From: Elusimicrobiota bacterium
Lineage (GTDB): Bacteria > Elusimicrobiota > Elusimicrobia > F11
Reading direction: 5' to 3'
DNA length: 10,035 nt
Assembly: GCA_046153645.1 (NCBI GenBank)
Contig: JBJXGI010000065.1
Coordinates: forward strand, 1 to 10,035
Shown: piece by piece, positions 9,001 to 10,035 of the stretch
Layout: every line of letters begins with the position of its first letter
Position numbering within the stretch: position 1 is the stretch's first letter
Translations under genes and position numbers: made by a program
Notes under the pieces: model-generated
The model's database searches: none
What the model was told of the DNA's origin: nothing
The model's input: the letters and a program-made list of their open reading frames with translations, nothing else

Positions 9001-9985
9001 CCAATAAAAGAGCCCTTTCATATTCCACTTGTTTAAAATGAAGTTCCGATTCTATTTTGGATACGGTCAAAAATTTATCAACTTGTTCAAGTGATAAACC
9101 ATTGAGAAAGCCGCCATTCCCGCGAAGGCGAGAATTATTATTTTTGAATCTACTCCGGAGTGTTTGTAGATAAGTGGTTAAATCTATTTTTTTACTTCGA
9201 TAATTTTCTACCACCACGTCTAAGCTTTTTAAAGAGTCGTTCAAGGTTTTTTGTTTTTTAAGTATTAAGCTTTTTTTAAGATCCTCTAGGTGATTCATCA
9301 CGCGACTTTGAAGTGCACTTGCCGCTTTGAAACTTTCAACATTTTCTTGATGATGTGTTTTGTCATCAATTCCGATGAAATGAACGCTTTGGTCATAAGG
9401 AGGTGTTAACGCCGCATGAAAACCACCACTCATTTCATTTTCTTCCAACATAGAATTGGCCGCTTGTTCTCTTAATGAAGCGTTCAATCCCACTAAAAAA
9501 GGCCTCGTATCTAAAGAAGAAAAAGCCCCTTCTAAAGCTACCATTCGGGTCGTATTGTGAGATATAAAATCTCTTATCGCCTGACTCAAATGTTTTTGTG
9601 CTTCTAGATTTTCATGAATATCGTGTATGTAGAAAATATTCTTATTACTTTTTGATTTTGCCCAAGATACAGAATGAATAGAACCGTGATTGAAAGGAAT
9701 TGTCAAATGAGGAATATTGATTGAAGACGTTTTTTTCGCCAAAGAAAGAGGGGATAAGGGATCAGATTTAGAAAAAGACTTTATCTGAGGAAGCCCACTA
9801 GAAAGCTGGGCCAACTGTACTAATGGTTTCTGAATACTCTTTTTTCGTTCTTCCCATAACTGAGATTCCCTTTCATGAGCAAATAAAACATGTGAAAAGA
9901 CAACGGAAACCGATAAAACAAAAGCCATTGCTTTATGAAGTTTTAATTTAGTTTTCTTAACGAAAAATAGATTCAAAAGAGTCAT
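2..9985 (-). CDS. Giant multidomain membrane-anchored protein, >3328 aa, 3' end beyond the left edge of the window (signal peptide + TIKI/EreA/ChaN-like domain + TM + tandem repeats + HTH array + pseudo-SNF2 helicase + TM)
   Basis: Minus-strand frame with codons at + positions = 2 mod 3 has no TAA/TAG/TGA from ATG 9983-9985 to position 2 (checked line by line). An in-frame stop lies upstream at 10010-10012. Starts MTLLNLFFVKKTKLKLHKAMAFVLSVSVVFSHVLFAHERESQLWEERKK; last residues in window are ...SRLPSMSDEQWTRFLT. Alternative start is ATG 9926-9928. Confidence 0.95.
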   Translation of the reverse strand, partial: MTLLNLFFVKKTKLKLHKAMAFVLSVSVVFSHVLFAHERESQLWEERKKSIQKPLVQLAQLSSGLPQIKSFSKSDPLSPLSLAKKTSSINIPHLTIPFNHGSIHSVSWAKSKSNKNIFYIHDIHENLEAQKHLSQAIRDFISHNTTRMVALEGAFSSLDTRPFLVGLNASLREQAANSMLEENEMSGGFHAALTPPYDQSVHFIGIDDKTHHQENVESFKAASALQSRVMNHLEDLKKSLILKKQKTLNDSLKSLDVVVENYRSKKIDLTTYLQTLRSRFKNNNSRLRGNGGFLNGLSLEQVDKFLTVSKIESELHFKQVEYERALLLEKISQRISAPALNQLMKMTLAYRSGDISTAEFYRYVVSLCKSCHIDLLKMPKMNAYIQYVMQSDEIKPEILFSQIRNLEFQVFENEIENSEEQMLVKQSRDLYLMSKLVRFELTNEEWKEYKSIMMPSPVPLSQIGRGLVRGIDFLPFEKFYREAEIRDERMAGNFLRNVKNIKNKELGTPLSYVLVTGGFHSQGITKRLNEAGYNVISFIPKMTQIETSNGSAYLNSFLREKTPLEKLFKGDRLFLAKEVGTPDQKLNFLTRALSLGILNKVVSTAEASNIFKRILGRLKKPLNANLELFSSSESEVKGRVNLSPETSASFSVKSSNGKIKTSWIYHRHLGWYLAAGTDVLLLMTAAFKSKQVFVWLINVHMVILIGAIVIIFLIAFDRWNRMRPQSAFAFAGEGNLLMAPSFKDALSSVLKDLLVMNMTSGGSNPSHQMPDSFTMTSNDIGSTKDVAEDNTFLSQLRDFDDSDTSKSIYGSYLSILPELLSKAREYLLNPSTKPRSLNPQVNLILGEFFKELEGPNRSEFAPVSNYNQTFLYFISFLNDRYFFKEGLVLISSGSIEITISLNRNNFSLSKIKRNFKDSKYENMPFLILVLDSEKEFSIQDRVYAYLNKYKTPFPIICLNHQALLNAWKRSFPLIQSKNPSHSLEQNIIEFVGWDQIEIFKAILAIAPKPNNPRETEKLIIGLIGLLSSNVHQACESFWFQNKEKVPQLIKDVVTFLSKDFEGKYVKDVPAQVLFGFMVSAFKKNYPSVTHHLNLSVDWVGLYQFLMKDFVPDADHPQLNSAIRELFDRAPKPGSLIAIPQKEIKTISEFDETDSANVTLFEQEKKHFARMFDLFNTRKPVFTDPEQNALMAPYMRNLSSAWTEALTDPAFINGSEIDQKKRFIVILNTTWYMPRGRMLVSPTQDFEDLSIEKFQLVKIRKVKKVTYDNHSPMPFLIIDSAENLTFTGLLTCKTADLRINWVVAYIQETPIMKLLQDNIDKKTENPFAINLPGDNFEKAYLYNLGSAQSMLIDFLLLNYFPSSENKRSLSFALSMIIALTPYPSLELMKAFILSNSASPKLKAELKSLIDFLEDKIPGEGSFLDRFFLHPPADILAAAKLYLKSQNVSESQIPQIKAEWLEIFQYFNSKVNLGDNRERIEQLTKEFVNPPQKPAEKLIPQQAHEIYVNTPNIDKQFDVQEPVLILPSQSGVVSGVLLKSINRYIRPFLKKYAPETDFEIRVDIRKNSITLSYDQKEKRFIVTVPSLDTRDKSEVQKIILDMRNAIYLKYPMLQRDLFVQLQKGEPLYSNDGKYTLGSIKKIIPADNVSHLESMRDYWIGLLGSDSIIVGILIYKYLNDKFGFRRRVFYAPSKEREQQGASISSFVTHYGFVGQLNKPVLYMEPPNAYMTDEIGIETIENVEGPSSSPGVIKITYGQGEDSTVIHLHPNSPDLEFLLLDINNWPSLFDPNIPFPNEEEFRQTPNLKELPSESANRYRKEILIQFIEALYKEQKNISMWDGLLIDLVKAEEAYQSFSDVFDSSDLDLLKFSFFHLTEFKDKRVALPSQADMVDLLKRWGFDAEKIAGERKVSTQTVKGWLEEFVIKDPARNGRIGDMARLLYETNATVGEIKAARDQVHQWLNNNENKRIKELAEILRKNRPSTEELKKLIDVRIKSRDFEVIADDCGVTTEVVGQWVFNTPSELTMLWRDLKPGPEVLKDLIIRFQGDLNLIATACGTLLTTVQAWLGNDPVALGFAEGLQKLKEEGHDLEELLQYLRNHPELISENKQEFWSWFRLHYPEFFIQAAGHYTVNPDLLQFLGPNQNRPFVGIEGLYTFKEVKINGQIVDLKKLETIDVSSQWVKFSVTIKPTSKFRTFKLTHLFARGFDQREIRLIENNGLITVEGRLLITRDNQDDLSQLSFFAGDMITNSKTILRGDVLNLELRFKGGMFTQEEAKTILTLLVQRNSARSLELGKARDRMVETLKRIWMGRFDVDPVEAMSHLEQLDSLAKGNVEMGLVIAALKKEFQEIRDLSPPNFKESVSSRLFSGKAAFYELRKRHEKKNARGVMFHSIDEKRDLLSFSASVVKEGKNIIFVVDPATLPDWKKILDEFETAVPYLDLSDTLEPFDGDLTQGKIIFSSSPQLETIKEQDKANSSSIIFTGGYQIGEKKYSKKIEDFLKNRDDITRIVATSLTSQTDFSGFLRILYFLDRRQMPTDKALLFNPRNPEDVRLLHSLFQDSFIWIDPQNIVRSAKDKSGNSVLFAPQVTFIPINYTLSGAQLENVLIAETNPPSRAKGQSHIPRHHRRTHVANQTGSFASSNSNAKVAALIQFLEDHKGESYVILVEQDETARLLKDLLRDKFPDIGEYKGKKLIDFFLSRQTSAPVLISNYTRWTRTAEIDHPGRKLIYFDPVFRPHDIDVVSYHFKPSNTPQDIQAYYLNGQFPPDVNLGLTPFAQDFFLGTRDYDGRRFEELNKRRQTFLDLLWLQNVDEPEDAVPENLAEWLENVLARLQAPTEEESIEEGEARAAVTISPAIELTATEEDALIRDVMSVLLTDRKVYRPKLSYQKLALLDAQTELTGALLGLWPYQELQPKDQKIDKEAEKLRSQFILTGSQNSSLPKNLTLTHQGDGSYTLDGRSLLEFLSDKNLDADVQTLFKSIQAEFTKALPENNGATLLRNWSDFLFALRSAKYGFENKKKLLRKVYDDFISQGKVIPRPYVELKVTFTFNISEKTQPLTMEKFFNGKIPVELRKVNTKIKKAKEENKLELVENWEKFLSALNQNKILDSGEKTAIILVVFDQWMKDNKAIPVDQDYSTNILLLFGDDFQTEKTPDWMRVLLLYIYNQVPAHAGALKSDFDLEVNRWAIENIHDFWGFADVPGFRHHAQILFKRLEAGRLARKNPGSSFIPYSGVFLPFGFVDGWLGWVITGTIGIVFFYQFIVKPYFQKRREENLKIELNNKIVPSLENPWNEILKTVPVDQDVRSIDGQLQSRLPSMSDEQWTRFLT
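197..304 (-). other. Second membrane segment (TM helix, possibly a hairpin)
   Basis: FIPYSGVFLPFGFVDGWLGWVITGTIGIVFFYQFIV, flanked by basic RLARK upstream and KPYFQKRR downstream. Confidence 0.7.
1574..2929 (-). other. Degenerate SNF2-family (SF2) helicase/ATPase fold, both RecA lobes, predicted catalytically inactive
   Basis: Collinear SNF2 scaffold: Ia GKNIIFVVDPATLPDWKKILDEF; III region RIVATSLTSQTDFSGFLRILYFLD; LHSLFQDSFIWI; APQVTFIPINYTLSGAQ; SNAKVAALIQFLEDHKGESYVILVEQ (IV); LIYFDPVFRP; IQAYYL; terminal GTRDYDGRRFEELNKRRQTFLDLL. Walker A, DExH and motif VI residues are absent. Confidence 0.7.
3791..4339 (-). other. Array of 3-4 tandem helix-turn-helix-like units
   Basis: PSQADMVDLLKRWGFDAEKIAGERKVSTQTVKGWL (4339-4235); GRIGDMARLLYETNATVGEIKAARDQVHQWL (4201-4109, atypical); PSTEELKKLIDVRIKSRDFEVIADDCGVTTEVVGQWV (4051-3941); PGPEVLKDLIIRFQGDLNLIATACGTLLTTVQAWL (3895-3791). 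Units 1, 3 and 4 share IAxxx(G/K)(V/T)xxx(T/V)VxxW(L/V). Confidence 0.65.
5483..7609 (-). repeat. Two diverged tandem ~350-aa protein repeats (copy 1 at 7609-6560, copy 2 at 6559-5483), unknown domain
   Basis: Collinear matches: LSQLRDFDDSDTS/IKTISEFDETDSA; KPRSLNPQVNLIL/KPVFTDPEQNALM; FISFLNDRYFFKEGLVLIS/FIVILNTTWYMPRGRMLVS; MPFLILVLDSE/MPFLIIDSAE; IKDVVTFL/LKSLIDFL; PAQVL/PADIL; VDWVGLYQFL/AEWLEIFQYF; APKPGSLIAIPQ/PQKPAEKLIPQ. Offset is about 1050-1077 nt. Confidence 0.7.
7838..7912 (-). other. Transmembrane helix 1 (N-out, C-in predicted)
   Basis: VFVWLINVHMVILIGAIVIIFLIAF followed by basic DRWNRMR (positive-inside rule). Preceded by the weaker hydrophobic segment LGWYLAAGTDVLLLMTAAF. Confidence 0.8.
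8588..8623 (-). repeat. Degenerate BoxC-like palindromic element, in-frame within the CDS
   Basis: Minus strand CCCTCACCCGTCCCCCTATCTCAGATTGGAAGAGGG resembles the CCCTCACCC-n-CCCTCTCCC-n-GGGAGAGGG repeat family. It is GC-rich in an AT-rich gene and translates as PSPVPLSQIGRG. Confidence 0.55.
9113..9136 (+). repeat. dRS3-like short palindromic element, in-frame within the CDS
   Basis: GCCATTCCCGCGAAGGCGAGAATT. Core ATTCCC-N8-GAGAAT (9116-9135) is one mismatch from the dRS3 pattern ATTCCC-N8-GGGAAT. Stem ATTCCCGC/GCGAGAAT with a GAAG loop. Translates as NSRLRGNG. Confidence 0.65.
9878..9985 (-). other. Predicted Sec signal peptide (aa 1-36)
   Basis: Basic n-region KKTKLKLHK, hydrophobic h-region AMAFVLSVSVVFSHVLF, probable cleavage after ...VLFA, then HERESQLWEERKK. 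Confidence 0.7.
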
Positions 9986-9991
9986 CTGTCT

Positions 9992-10000
9992 ATTATGGCA
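9992..10000 (-). promoter_or_regulatory. Possible extended -10 promoter element (TGcCATAAT) 6 nt upstream of the ATG
   Basis: Minus strand ...CACC-TG-C-CATAAT-AGACAG-ATG. There is no Shine-Dalgarno at normal spacing and no good -35 at 17 bp. Confidence 0.3.
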
Positions 10001-10035
10001 GGTGACCCCTTAAATTCCCATTAACACCTGATGAA

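Larger units (their letters stand above)
8258..9640 (-). other. TIKI/TraB/EreA/ChaN-like fold domain with a large helical insertion
   Basis: Ordered motifs IFYIHDIHENLEAQ (second H at 9614-9616), VALEGA (E at 9530-9532), FIGIDD (9362-9379), FYREAEIRDERMA (R at 8528-8530) and VLVTGGFHSQGI (H at 8426-8428). The order matches the xxH...E...R(D/N)xxM...GxxH signature of this superfamily. Confidence 0.7.

Noticed and set aside
1..10035. Alternative genetic code or non-coding region, suggested by the near-empty ORF track
   Set aside because: The minus-strand frame is fully open in the standard code and Trp is TGG. The track most likely skips the ORF because it lacks a stop in the window.
1..10035. 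CRISPR array, tRNA/rRNA, transposase or terminator
   Set aside because: No regularly spaced DNA repeats or RNA-gene signatures were seen, and the window is continuous coding sequence.

Overview
The window is almost entirely one giant minus-strand ORF that the ORF track omits, probably because it has no stop inside the window. It starts at ATG 9985 and, read by hand, stays open in the standard code for 3328 codons until it runs off position 1. The protein reads, N to C: a Sec-type signal peptide; a TIKI/TraB/EreA/ChaN-like domain with intact H...E...RDxxM...GxxH motifs; a TM anchor; two highly diverged ~350-aa tandem repeats of unknown function; three to four tandem HTH-like units; a full-length SNF2-like (SF2) helicase fold whose ATPase motifs are all substituted; and a second membrane segment. 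The N-terminus resembles the leader of giant proteins from Elusimicrobiota/Omnitrophota-type bacteria (recalled, not searched). Two different short palindromic repeat elements (dRS3-like and BoxC-like) appear to sit in-frame in the N-terminal domain. All domain calls come from manual translation and motif comparison, with no database searches.
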